From the NCBI RefSeq assembly GCF_030028105.1, contig NC_092370.1, forward strand, positions 136,935,522 to 136,999,521: DNA of 64,000 nucleotides, read 5' to 3'. This document shows positions 1-12,475 of the stretch, in pieces. Under the pieces are notes generated by a model, which made no database searches, was not told the DNA's origin, and worked only from the letters and a program-made list of their open reading frames with translations. Each line of letters begins with the position of its first letter. The first letter of the stretch is position 1. Both the position numbers and the translations under genes were made by a program. Source of the stretch: Mobula birostris (Eukaryota).

Positions 1-670
1 AACCCCAAAGTACGCCCCAGCTCCCCTGACCCACGCACAAGCAGCATAAGGCTACGACCCCGCCCCTACCAGCGAAAAAGCATTGACACATAGACCAAGC
101 ACACAAGCATCAATAAAGACACAGACTTGCAGTACCCCAAAGACTACTTGTTCACTCAGTATTCAACATACCACAAGCTCTCTCTTTTCCTAATAAGGGA
201 AAAAGTGGTGTCCCCGTTTCACAGCGAGAGGGGAGACATAACTAACAACTCACTGATTTATGATGTTAAAAGTCTGTTGTGTCGCTTTTTCCGAGCTCTA
301 TGCCTCTGGGCACACAGCCAGCAGAAAGCCTGCTGCTTCTGGTCTTCCTTGTTCTCGCGCGACGCATCAGGCAGAGGCGGCTCTGGCCTTGAATCTGCTC
401 ACCAACAGAGTCACGAAAATCTGGCACCCTGAAGGCACACTAGTCTCCTAGGCCAGATCCTTGGCATATTGAAAAGCGGCCAGTCATGAGGCCCTAAGAG
501 CGGGTCCCATTCCCGCAAAGAACCAAAGTCAGAGTGTAACTCCAGGTCAGGGTCTTAAAAGAACCTTGAAAGGGGAAAAAAGAGAGATCAAAGATAGAAA
601 TAAAGCTTCTACCGAAGATGCAAGCACAGAAGTTGCTGTTCAGCGCCATCATCACTAAGCTCCACCCTCT
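1..670 (-). mobile_element. 5' part of a probable non-autonomous LINE-derived repeat (runs off the window start)
   Basis: GC/CpG-richer block that ends abruptly at ~670. On the minus strand it opens with a YY1-like GATGGCG motif (643-650), typical of LINE 5' UTRs. No coding similarity recognised. Confidence 0.4.
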
Positions 671-860
671 TCCTTGGACAAACTTTTTAAAAATCCACTT
701 GTTTGTTGCCTTAAGTAAGCCCTCCAACAGTAGCTTTTCTGCTGCCAAAACAGCATATTTAGAATAAAGAGCAACAATATATTTCTATTTCATATGAATA
801 CGGAGTTCATGCAGATAATCTGAAGAACATCGCGTCTGCACACCAGCATTTAGTTTTAAA

Positions 861-1699
861 TGTTACGTACCCCGTAACTGGGTTGCCAAACCAGCAGAAA
901 TGGACCACTTAGTTGGAGTCTGGTTTAACAGAAGCTAATAAAGTTTTATTAAAGAAATAAGTAACACAGTATTCTAATCGTAAATATATAAATGCAACAG
1001 GTTAGCAATGATAAAACACACATGTACACAGAACTAGGGTAATAGGAACCAACCAAGCTCTATTGTAGTCTAGGGGTAAAATGATCAGTCTCAAGTGACG
1101 CAGAGTTCAGTTCAGCTTTGTACGGTTTGCAGTAATCGCTGTTGTGCCGTTGGAGAGAGAGAGAGAGAGATAGAGATATGCAAATCTGATTCAGCAGACA
1201 TTTGATGTTCTTCGCAGTTGGCTTTCGGGCAGACCCTTATTTATTCTTCTGTGGTCACCAACTGTGACCCCTCCACTCCGGATACGACCGTTCTTCCACG
1301 GTGAACCCGGCACCCAAACAAGGGCGGACACACACACCAGGTTCCCACCAATCGTACCCTTTTCACCCTGTCAGTCTATGGTCAGTTCCCTCGAACCTGA
1401 CCTCCAGCTCTACCAACTTGTGGGGGCACACCGCTCTTCCAGGGTCTCATTATCTCGTGATCTCGTGGTGTGTCATGCCTTAGCGAACCTGTTCTTTTTA
1501 TCCCCCTGCTGGGGTATCGCCTGTCCATCAAACTTCAAACAGTTCAGGTTCAAAGCAACCAGTCTGTCAATATTCTGAAATGTGTTTCTTGGTCGTTATT
1601 CTCTCTCTTCTCTCTTATTAGCATTTTGAATGTTTCTCCATTGTCTCACTTATCTCTCTCATCAGCATCAATCTTCTGATAAGTTGGTTTGTCATCACA
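861..1699 (-). repeat. 3' LTR (839 bp)
   Basis: Direct repeat of 4949-5767; TGTTAC...ATCACA termini on the + strand; internal (GA)n tract. Confidence 0.95.
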
Positions 1700-1711
1700 C
1701 CCCTATCCTTC
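1700..1711 (-). other. Polypurine tract
   Basis: GAAGGATAGGGG on the minus strand, directly before the TG of the 3' LTR. Confidence 0.85.
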
Positions 1712-1817
1712 AAAGGATTTTTACCGGTATAAAAATTATAGGCATGAATACATTATTCGATACACACTACTATACAGGGTCACCAGCTATTCGGCTAATA
1801 CAGAGAACTTTAAGTTT

Positions 1818-2906
1818 TCAACACCTTGACAGACAGTCAGCAATCACATTTTCTGTTCCTTTTATATGTGTTATTTTAATATCCTCTAAGACCAGGCTCC
1901 AACTTAGCAACCTTTTGTTTTTATCCTTCATAGTGGCCAAAAACACTAATGGGTTGTGATCAGTGTAAATTCTCAGTGGTTTCTGTCCCGGACAAATATA
2001 ACAAAGATCGCCCCACACAAACTTAGCATTCTTTGGCAAGAGCTTAGTAAGAGGGAGGGTAATATCCGCAAAGGTTTTGCAAAACATCTGATAGTACCCC
2101 ACCATCCCCAAGAACCTTCTCAGGGCTCTCTTGTCTGTCGGGGTGGGGACTTCAGAGATAGCCCGCGCCTTAGCTTGCATCGGAGCCAGCTGCCCCTGTC
2201 CTACCACAAATCCCATATAAGTGACCTTCACGTGGCCAAATTCACTTTTTGCGAGGTTCACTGTCAGGCTGGCTTCAGCCAGCTTTGTAAACAGTTCCTC
2301 TACTGCCACAATGTGCTCCTCTCACGTGTCACTCCAGACCACTAAATCGTCAATATACACTTCTGTGTTCCATAGCCCTTTTGTCACTGAATTAATCATC
2401 TTATAGGGGTGTTGTTCACTAGACGGACCTGATGTGACAACAACATCAGGTACCGGCTCTTTGCATCGCCTCGGGACATCCAGACATACGTGTGTATGCC
2501 TGTTAATTAACTTTGTCAGCGGCTCGCTCTGTTCGGGGGTTAAGTGAGAGAACTCATCAGCAAAGTTGGCCAGAACAATAGAGTTCTCCCATCTGGTCGG
2601 CACCATACTTATCTTTTCAAAATGGGTTTTCCCCTTATCAGGTGGCACCCTAGCCTCATTAATTTTTGTGATAACACTGACTAGGTCTGCTCTCTTATCA
2701 TGGCAAGCTGTTAGCATATCAATAGCCTGTAACTGTGTTAGCTCACGTCTACACTTGTCAATAGCATCCTTCCTCCTGTGCGGCCAGTAAAACTCTTTCA
2801 TGATTCTATCGACTGTTTTCCTCACCCCAAAAACTCCACCGAGGAGTATCTTGTGGGCCAGGTTAAAAATCTCATCCCATAAATTTTCAGCACTATCACC
2901 CCCCAT
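1818..2906 (-). pseudogene. pol: Deleted pol remnant: integrase N-terminal zinc domain, partial RT, RNase H C-terminus
   Basis: LAHKILLGGVFGVRKTVDRIMKEFYWP (integrase H2C2 region), YIDDLVVWS (RT YxDD), LRRFLGMVGYY, and YTDHNPL...NVIADCLSR (RNase H). TGA at 2322-2324. Integrase core and large parts of RT and RNase H are absent. Confidence 0.9.
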
Positions 2907-4870
2907 TCCTCATCTGTGGGCACGGTACTTGGTCTCCATTTCCTCCTTAGTACTTCCTCCTTCACATAATAGCCCACTGGCTCCCTTTTTAATTCTACTT
3001 CGGAGAGAGCTGTCTCCGTCAAAACCATCAGCTCCTCGTCTCGTTCGTGTGCCTGTCTAAATTCCTTCCTTGCTAATGATAAGTCTACCTCAACTTCTGT
3101 TTCACTACACCCCTTCTCACTTTCTAACCCCTCCTGGTACAAGGCTGGTAAAAACGTCTCAGCTAAATCTATATTCACTTCGGCAGCCTTTCTGGACATG
3201 CACTGAGTCATTGCACAAACGGAATAAGCCTGTGAGTCCATGGGCGGGGCCTCAATGCTGGCAAGCTGGCTTGTCAATCTTACTGCTGGGTACACCTCTC
3301 CGCCGGCGAGGTCATTACCGAGTAAGACCTCCACGTCTTCCATCAGTAGTTCGGGCCTTACCCCGATCGTAACCGGTCCGGAGACCAAGTCACTTTTTAG
3401 GTGTATCTGGTGCAAAGGTACTGCTTCAGTCTCTTTCCCAATGTCTTTTATCACCCTGACCTCCCCAGTCTGGGTCTCTGAACTGAAGTCTAACACACTC
3501 TTTAATATCAATGACTGACAACCTCCAGTGTCTCTCCAGATTCGTACTGGAACCGGGTTTAACCTTTCCTTCACCGACACCAATCCAGCCGAAATAAACT
3601 TCTCGAACCCTTCCTGAACTCTATCAGACCTCTCCTCCCCTAACGGTTTGTTTGCCGACTCAATACAGCCAGTCGGGGTCATTTTTCCTTTTCCTGTCTC
3701 CTTCTTTGGGGCAAAGCACCTGGACGCAAAGTGACCGGCTTTCCCACAATTATAGCATACGACCCCAGGAGACTTCCTACCAAACTGCTTCCTGTCTTCC
3801 TTATCCTTCTCACTAGTCCCCGGTTTACTTTCTGACTTTCCCGGTAGACTCTCTCCGCCCTCTCGACTACCCTTGTGGTAGCTTTTACTCGGGGTAAACT
3901 TCGCCTTTTGTGTTAACGCGTACTCACCTGCTAACTTAGCAGTTGCGGCTAAGGTGTCTGCCTCTTTCTCTTCTAGGTAGGGTCTCATACCTTCAGGGAC
4001 ACAACCTTTAAACTGCCCAATCAGTATTAGCTGTAGCAGTCTGTTATAATCCCCTTTGACCCCCTTTGTGGCGCACCAACGCTCACAATACATCTGCATC
4101 TCACGGGCAAACTCTAAATATGTGCGGCCCCACTGCTTCCTCGCATTCCGGAACCTCTGCCGGTATGCCTCCGGGACCAACTCATAAATCCTGAGTATTG
4201 CCTCTTTCACCACATCATACCTCTGGGCATCTTCTGCGGACAATGCCGAGTAAGCTTCTTGAGCCTTCCCTTTAAGTACGCTCTGAAGCAAAACAGCCCA
4301 CTTATCCCTCGGCCAGTCCTGACTTGCAGCAACTTTTTCAAAATGTAGAAAGTACCGATCAACATCGGCCTCCTCAAATGGGGGAACCAGCCTAACCTCC
4401 TGGGTCGCCCTATACCTTCCACCTTGGTTCGGCATGGGGCCCTGCGCTAGCATCATCCTTAACTTCTCCAGATCAAATTCCCTGTCCTTCTGCTTCTCTC
4501 TCGCTTCTCGTTCTAACTGCCTGTCTCTCTCTTCTCACTCTAACTGCCTGTCCCTCTCTTCTTGTTCCAGCTGTTTTACCCGGAACTCGTGCTCGAGTCT
4601 CAATTTTTCAATCTGTAGCTGTACTGCTTCTCCACCAGGTTTGCCCATAGATACCACCTCCAGCTCCCCTTGGGGAAACACACCTTTAGATACATAATGC
4701 TCTATGATGGCTCTGTGCATCTCCGCTCTCCTCATTGTCAACTTCCCCTTAAAAAGATTGAACGGTTTGGCCACAGTTGCCAATTCTGATTTCCTGGCAT
4801 CCTCTAATGCCTCCAAGGTTGGCGCCTTTAGAAATTCCTCAATCTCCATTTCTGCTGTTTGCCCTTTCAT
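2822..4870 (-). pseudogene. gag: gag-protease ORF with SCAN-like capsid region, CCHC zinc knuckle and aspartic protease; one premature stop
   Basis: ORFs 4535-4870 and 2822-4456 share a frame, split by TGA at 4535-4537. Motifs: VPEAYRQRFR, CYNCGKAGHFASRC, RDTG, LLGNDL. Frameshift near 2880. Confidence 0.92.
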
Positions 4871-4918
4871 TCTTCCGGGAATTTTAACCCAATCAATTTA
4901 CCCAGTCCCAAATTTGGT

Positions 4919-4944
4919 GTTCAAAATCGCGGACGAGATCCCCA
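4919..4944 (-). other. Primer-binding site, tRNA-Pro type
   Basis: TGGGGATCTCGTCCGCGATTTTGAAC begins 4 nt after the 5' LTR and resembles the tRNA-Pro complement TGGGGGCTCGTCCGGGATTTGAAC. Confidence 0.8.
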
Positions 4945-4948
4945 TTTA

Positions 4949-5767
4949 TGTTACATACCCCGTAACTGGGTTGCCAAACCAGTAGAAATGGACCACTTAG
5001 TTGGAGTCTGGTTTAACAGAAGCTAATAAAGTTTTATTAAAGAAATAAGTAACACAGTACTCTAATCGTAAGGATATAAATGCAACAGCTTAGCAATGAT
5101 AAAACACACATATACACAGGACTAGGGTAGTAGGAATCAACCAAGCTTTATCGCAGTCTCGGGGTAAAATGATCAGTCTCACGTGACACAGAGTTCAGTT
5201 CAGCTTAGTACAGTTCGCAGTAATCGCTGTTGTGCCATTGGAGAGAGAGAGAGAGAGATAGAGATATGCAAATCTGATTCAGCAGACCTTTGATGTTCTT
5301 CGCAGTTGGCTTTCGGGCAGGCCCTTTTTTATGCCTTCTGTGGTCACCGACTGTGACCTCTCCGCTCCGCTCCACGGTGAACCCGGCACCCAGGCAAGGG
5401 CGGACACACACACCAGGTTCCCGCTGATCGTACCCTTTTCACCCTGTCAGTCTATAGTCGGTTCCCTCGAACTACACCTCCAACTTCCACCAACTTGTGG
5501 GGGCACACCGCTCTTCCAGGGTCTCATTATCTCATGATCTCGTGGTGTGTCATGCCTTAGCGAACCTGTTCTTTTTATCCCCCTGCTGGGGTATCGCCTG
5601 TCCATCAAACTTTAAACAGTTCAGGTTCAAAGCAACCGGTCTGTCAATATTCTGAAATGTGTTTCTTTCTCGTTAATCTCTCTTATTAGCATTTTGAATG
5701 TTTCTCCATTGTCTCACTTATTTCTCTCATCAGCATCAATCTTCTGATAATTTGGTTTGTTGTCACA
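4949..5767 (-). repeat. 5' LTR (819 bp)
   Basis: Direct repeat of 861-1699; TGTTAC...GTCACA termini. Confidence 0.95.
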
Positions 5768-7275
5768 TAAAGAACATGCAAATTCCACATAACCTCTAAT
5801 GTTGACTCGATACCTGTTCGATTAAGTCTTAATCCCAGCAAGAGATTGTAAAGATGGCTGCATCAACTGCAGCCTAGACTGCTCCGTTATCTCCATTACC
5901 TTGGTCTCAAATCAACAGAAACAATGGAATTATTATCATAAGAATAATGGTGTTGAAGGTTTTGCAAGGAGCGTTTTTCCTGAACAGTGTGTTATTAATG
6001 ACGTACAATCAGTAGGAGCTGAAAATTTTGCACAATGATTAAATTGCCTGAAGATCAACAGGATTAACTCCTGCAAAGAAGTTCTTTGCGTCTCTGCCAG
6101 AAAACAATTTCCCCCTCCGAGAACCAAGAATTGAGAAGATCTTGTCAGTGACAAAGAGGTACATAGTGCCGGTGGAAAAAACAAGTTGAAGATCTCTTCA
6201 ACAATAATTTGTCCTTGATTTGAGTTTCCTACACTCCTTCCACTGCGAGTCATGTAATCCAAACTTATCACATTGCAGGACGCTAAGAAGATGGAGAGGT
6301 CAATGGTGAAATACAATTCGTATGGTGAGAAATAGAGTTTAACTCTCTGCACTTTCCAGGAGTCTGTGTACAAAAAAAAGGGGATGAGGTGAATTATATT
6401 ACTGTAAATCCATTGCAAGGCGGCAGGTCAGAAAATTGGAATAATGTTGTTGAAACCCTTTAACATAACCTGCTCTGTTGGAAAACTCTGCCAGGGACAT
6501 AAAACTGTCACATCTCTCATTGATGCTGACTGCTGCATTGTACTTAAGCCACCTTTCATTTTTATTTCAGCTTTTCCCCTCTCACTAATTATTTGTTTAA
6601 TACATGTGTATGAGTTAGACCAGTCATGAGTTTTGGGTCCCATGTGTACAGATGTTTCTAAAAGACACCACTTACAGAATATTTTAACCAAGACCTAATA
6701 TTTATTCAATACATGTACTTTCATAGCCAGCAGCCTCTTACCTGGAGCCAAATGTAGCTGTCTGAGCAGAAGCATTAAATGTTAAATACTTTAAAGTATA
6801 TTTTTAGTGGTTCCAAAGTCTAATTCTGAAAGACTTCCAGTGCATATCTTTTAAACTGCTTTAATAAGTCTGCTATTTTTTTATATATGTTTCTGTCTTG
6901 ATTTATTTTTACTTTGAACTAATGTCATTCAACTTTGTAGAATTACTAAGTCATTCTATGGATTCTGCTGGATGTGAAAGTGATCCATTGCACCTTTTCT
7001 GTCCAGAGTATTCGCCACATGTTGAAGTGTGAAACAATAGACAGTGAAAGAGAAAGTGACCAAAGCTAACTGAACTGTTAAACACATTACACTCTGCACT
7101 CATAATTTGTACCTGGGAAGGTAAAGTTTATATAGATGAATTGTACCATAAACAAATGTGATAGGCAAGCAACCCAACCACTGTAAACAGTACTGATTGA
7201 CAAAGACTTAAAAAAAAAGTGGTTGCCACTGTGAAACAGATCTTCTTCCTTCTCCAGTGGCACTAGAATATGTTT

Positions 7276-7478
7276 GAACACTAGAGGTTCTGCAGATGCT
7301 GGAAACTCAGAGCACGCTGAAGGTACTCAATAGGTCAGACAGAATCTATGGAGAGTAATAAACAGTTGACGTTTTGGTTCGAGACTCTGCATCAGGCCTA
7401 ATGCAGGGTCTTGGTCCAAAAAGTCAGCTGTTTATTCTTCTCCTTAGATGCCATGCCACCTGATCTGATGAGTTCCTG
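7276..7478. mobile_element. Palindromic Penelope-derived short element
   Basis: Imperfect inverted repeat centred at 7396/7397 (tgcatcagg|cctaatgca), built from the hammerhead-bearing PLE terminal unit. 11-bp TSD AGAATATGTTT (7265-7275, 7479-7489). Confidence 0.8.
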
Positions 7479-7772
7479 AGAATATGTTTTAAATTGGAAT
7501 GACAATTTCATTCGTTTATTTGTCCGCATCTGCAGTTGTAAGTTGAATTTATTTTTTAATTAGTTGGAAATTTTAAATCAGATGTTGAGAAGAACTGGTC
7601 CCACTGGGTTAATTTAGCAGACTCTTGGAGTTATGAATGTTCAAATGTGAGAGGAATTTAAAACAGAAGTAGGAATTCTGAATAAAACACATATTACATG
7701 ATTAGTTGTGATCTTAAAAAAAAAAGACCAAAAACATTCATGGGATCTGCAATGAACAAAACTGAATATTTC

Positions 7773-8435
7773 AAGTTGAAGTTCAAGTTCAAGTTTAATT
7801 GTAATTCAACTACACTTGTGTATACAGCTAAACGAAACATAATTTCTCTGGGGACAAGGTGCAACATACAGTCCATATATTCGCACAGTTACAATCCAGC
7901 ACATACAGTCACAGAATAATACTAGCACAAGTCCCGGAGTGACACGGCCTGAAGATTGATGGTGCATTGAATGTTTTCATGGAGCCATGTTTCTGTAAGA
8001 ACAAGTACGCAGCAGTTCCTCATATTGTGCTGGGTCAGCTGCAGATGAATGCAATCCAGTTTGTCTTCAACAGGGTGATCACTGGAGAGCAGCACTGATG
8101 GGAGAACTGGCCTGCAGGGGAGCCTCCCCCAGCCCAGCATGCCTGACGTGTCTCTATTTTCTCCCATACTGCCTCTGGAGCATCCTCTGTAGTAGGCAAC
8201 ATCATGACGTATGCGCCTGAATGGCACCACACCTGTGGACACGCAGCTCCCTGAAAAAGCTTTCATCAATGAACTGATGAACCGGGCTTGGATTATTTCG
8301 TATCATCATGTCCAATAGGGTCTTGCAGTTACAAAAAACAATTGTTAAGACGAAGTTTTCCACCATTTGTTGAACCCAGAAAGTGCGCATCACCAACTTA
8401 CTGATGTAAGAGAACAATGATTTACATAAGTTCAA
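7773..8435 (-). mobile_element. Rex1/Babar-type LINE deletion derivative (endonuclease N-terminus joined to 3' tail)
   Basis: EDKLDCIHLQL...CCVLVLTETWL (APE endonuclease motif), with a (CTTGAA)n tail at ~7773-7795. Confidence 0.65.
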
Positions 8436-8449
8436 ATCATCTTGAAACT

Positions 8450-8620
8450 TAGAACATCTAACAGAACAGGTCAGGACTGGCCAATCACCCTATGATGTTG
8501 TGTTGATCTCGATACCAAGTACCCACATCTGTGTATCATCCGTATCCCTCGTTTCCCTTCATATTCAAATGTCTATCTAAATTCCCCTTAAGTTCCATCA
8601 CCCTGCTTGGTTCTACTCGC
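8450..8620 (-). mobile_element. Old CR1 3' end fragment
   Basis: Degenerate LDRHLNMKG.EGYG coding end and 3' UTR. Confidence 0.55.
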
Positions 8621-8649
8621 CGATCTTGCTGATTAAAACGTTGAGGAAG

Positions 8650-9213
8650 ATTGAAATTATTGTGGTAAGAGCAGAAGGCAAGCTGGTGATTAGCACCATC
8701 TACCAGCCTCTTGCTCGCTGCTCCTGAAAGGAGGAGTCTGTATGTGACCATCTCTTTCTCTCTTTCTCTCCCTCCAGCTTACTGCTCCCAGAGGAAAGGC
8801 CCTGTATTCGAATGGTCTCCCTCTCCTTCTCATCTGGTTTAACTGACACGGTTTGTGGGCTGGACTCTGTAGTTCATGTTATGATCTGTTTCAGATCGCT
8901 CCTTTTTTGTGATGCTAACTTGGGCAATTTTGATCGGGGCAGCCTGCAGATAACAAACAACACAGGACTAGATTAAACTGAACTGAGCTGAACTGAACAT
9001 GTCTGGACTTTTGATTTTGTGTTTATATTCTGTGTTTTGCTCTTTTTTTTCTGTTTGCAATTTTTTTTTGTGTGTAGAGGGTGTTGGATGCTTTCCTTTG
9101 AACAGTTTCCTTGGTTTTCTTTGTTTTGTGGCTGTCGATGGGAAGGTGATTCTTAGGGTTGTATACTGCATACATACATTGATAACAAATGTACTTTGAA
9201 CGTTTGAACTTTG
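8650..9213 (+). mobile_element. Non-autonomous element with Rex1-type 3' tail
   Basis: Ends gataacaaatgtactttgaacgtttgaactttga, the tail shared with the Rex1-type copies in this window. Confidence 0.55.
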
Positions 9214-9889
9214 AATAACTTTAAAAAGCTTGTGAGAATGCTGAATATGTCTGAAGTAAAGGAAATTATAAAGCTCTTTCCCTTCGGTGTTGAGAAGTTA
9301 ATGCACAAAGCATGAAATTAATGCACAAATGCAGAGTGAGATAAACCAAGGTAAATAAAATTCAGTTCAGACTAATCTGAGTTATATTATACTTCTGAAT
9401 TTCACTCTCTTGCTGGGAAATTGTTAATAATCAGTTTTAAGACCTTGTGTAACATTAAGTTCATTAGGTTGCAGTATGGTTATCAAAATGCCGTTTGTAG
9501 CACTTGCACAGATTTATAATGGAAGGATCAATAAGATCACCAACAGTCTGTTGGACTGATGTGCAGAACTGTTATTTTCTTTGTGTTTTTTTCTATCAGT
9601 TTAGCCTTCCTATGCTTGTTGGTATTTTTATGTGATCACCTATATGCATGTAATTGTTCAGTGAATTTTCCAGTATAGATAATTGCGTATCAGTTGCTTT
9701 TGTAGTTTCTAGAAGTTTCTTAGTTTTCCGTAGCAGATGTCATGCCACTTAATTCTGGCTATATTAAGGGGCTAAATACTATCACCAGAATTTTGTTACT
9801 TCTTAACCAAATGTGAGATGACTATGACAGCTTTTATTCCTTTTCTTCTTTCTCTCAGCTCATCTTTTGTGCTTGTTTGCTGCTGACTT

Positions 9890-9990
9890 TCAGAAGAGTT
9901 GCCTCTGCTTCTCTTTCTTCGAGTGCTGCATGCCCTGTTGAGTTTTCTGCTTCAATATCACATTTCCAGCATCTGCACTTCTTTTGTTTT
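9890..9990 (+). mobile_element. Old Penelope terminal-unit fragment
   Basis: gctgc...ctgttgagtt...atttccagcatctgca motif. Confidence 0.5.
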
Positions 9991-10563
9991 TTAGGCACAA
10001 TGTTGATGAATACGTTGGCAGATTTGTACCTTACACGATGCAGTGAGGTCATGAAGTAAATTGTTCTGTAGCACCAACAATATTACTTTCAACTTCTTTT
10101 GCCTCAGTGCTGACCCAGCATGGATTTTACATCTGAAAGTATTCCCCATTAATACTGTTTTAAGGGTTTGCTCTCAATTTGCAGTAGTTACACTTCAGGG
10201 CTTATTTTAGAATTTGTGTGTCTGGCACCTGGTGTAATGTTGTGAGAGGTGCTGAAGGATTGTTTTCTCTGCTTTTCACCAGCCAGGTGTCCTCACATCT
10301 GGATGAATTAGTTGAAGGGCAACACAGCAAGGAGACTGAGCAGATGACATGAAGATTATGACAAGCTGAAAACAGAGGGAAAGAAGGAAGAAAACAGAGA
10401 ATAGACACTTTGTGTGATATAATATCCTGTTCTGGGCTTTGTTTCTTCTATGACTTCAAGGATTTTTAACAATAGAAAACACACAAACTAGAGAGAGACC
10501 AATCAGCTCATCACATCGCTACCCTTCACAAAAAGAAGTCTAGCAGCATCATTGTGTTTCTCT

Positions 10564-10645
10564 GCGTGGCAGCATAGAGGTAAGGCACAATCACTGTACA
10601 GCACCAGGAATCACCGATCCGGGTTCAATTCTCATCGCTGTCTAG
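10564..10645 (+). mobile_element. tRNA-derived SINE head
   Basis: Degenerate A box; B box GGGTTCAATTC at 10621. Confidence 0.55.
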
Positions 10646-11535
10646 TACCTTATTGGTTCAGTTCACAAGCATGTGGGTTTGTACAACTAATACCTGTGTG
10701 CACACCTATTAGGTTTCCCTAACCTTCCATGAACTGTCAAAGGAGAGAAAAGATACCACACGGGAAAAAAGCATCCAGTCTGGTCAAATGTTCCTCATTG
10801 CCCTGATGTGATCTCCTCGTGCCTGACATGGGCTCATCTGCTTACATGATGGTTGGTCTCTGAAGAGTAGTTGTTGCTTTGCATTCAAAACCTCTCACTT
10901 TTATACACTCCCTGCCAATTCAAATGTTGTGCTTCAATCTTATTGTCTCTGGCCTATCTAGATTATGTGTGTCAACTTGCCTTGGCCCCTGTTCCAAGCC
11001 AGCATTATTTTATTACCCTTCTCTCAAGTGACAACTTGCAATTAATGTCTCTTTGTTTTGAATCAGAGAAGACCAGCCAATCATTAGTCTTGAGTTACTC
11101 AGGTCAGACACAGACTCCCCTTTTCATAAATTCCCCCATTCATAAACCAGGTGTTCTATCATACCAAAGAACATTTAGTCACAAATAGCTTCTTATTTAA
11201 AAATGATTTCTAGTTCAACAGATTATCAGGAGCATCATTGTGTCCACTTTAAAGCACTTTGATACAGTTATTCCAGAGCAAAACCAGTTCACAAGACAGT
11301 CACAGAATGGAGGTTGCAGAACAGCTTCACAAAATGATAGCCTCCATTCCTTCAACCACATGGCTAGAACAAAGACAATTTGTTTGTCCACTTACAATGT
11401 TTTTAACTTATTCAGGTTCACTGATTTGTAGATTGTAGTTCTTTCTGGTAATCAGCATGAAGAAATAAAGACTGTTTTTGTTTGAATTAGTATCTAATAT
11501 ACAATATTCGCATAATTCCAGAATACACCCTAACA

Positions 11536-12307
11536 GATTATTATCTGAATGGTGGCCGATTAGGAAAAGGGGAGGTGCAACGAGACCTAGGTGTCATTAT
11601 ACACCAGTCATTGAAAGTGGGCATGCAGGTACAGCAGGCGGTGAAAAAGGCGAATGGTATGCTGGCATTTATAGCGAGAGGATTTGAGTACAGGAGCAGG
11701 GAGGTACTACTGCAGTTGTACAAGGCCTTGGTGAGACCACACCTGGAGTATTGTGTGCAGTTTTGGTCGCCTAATCTGAGGAAAGACATCCTTGCCATCG
11801 AGGGAGTACAAAGAAGGTTCACCAGATTGATTCCTGGGATGGCAGGACTTTCATATGATGAAAGACGGGATGAACTAGGCTTATACTCGATGGAATTTAG
11901 AAGATTGAGGGGGGATCTGATTGAAACGTATACAATCCTAAAGGGATTGGACGGGCTAGATACAGGAAGATTGTTCCTGATGTTGGGGAAGTCCAGAACG
12001 AGGGGTCACAGTTTGAGGATAAAGGGGAAACCTTTTGGGACTGAGATTAGGAAAAACTTCTTCACACAGAGAGTGGTGAATCTGTGGAATTCTCTGCCAC
12101 AGGAAACAGTTGAGGCCAGTACATTGGCTATATTTAAGAGAGAGTTAGATATGGCCCATGTGGCTAAAGGGATCAGGGGGTATGGAGGGAAGGCTGGTAG
12201 AGGGTTCTGAGTTGGATGATCAGCCATGATCATACTGAATGGCGGTGCAGGCTCGAAGGGCCGAATGGCCTACTCCTGCACCTATTTTCTATGTTTCTAT
12301 GTTTCTA
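11536..12307 (+). mobile_element. CR1 LINE, 5'-truncated (RT C-terminus plus 3' UTR), subfamily A
   Basis: ORF 11575-12210 QRDLGV...LVRPHLEYCVQFWSP...RTRGHSL; (TTTCTATG)n tail; possible TSD CTAACA (11530-11535, 12305-12310). Confidence 0.95.
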
Positions 12308-12475
12308 ACATAGGGGATGGTAGGGGTTTAGGATTCATAGTTTGAGAGGGTGGGAGAGGCTCTTCACATTTAAAGAGTTGCTGGATGTGACCTGCAAGGA
12401 GGTGGGATTAGCCTAAAATGCAAAGCTAATAGTAACCAGAAAATAAAACAGTTTAAATTAAATTTCTGAATTTCC

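Larger units (their letters stand above)
861..5767 (-). mobile_element. Ty3/Gypsy LTR retrotransposon, Gmr1-like clade, internally deleted
   Basis: Two TG...CA LTRs (861-1699, 4949-5767), 4-bp TSD TAAA (857-860, 5768-5771), PBS, PPT, and gag/protease/integrase/RT/RNase H motifs in PR-INT-RT-RH order. Confidence 0.95.

Noticed and set aside
5936-6418. 160-aa ORF as a host CDS
   Set aside because: No recognisable domain and a non-ATG start; kept only as a weak exon candidate.
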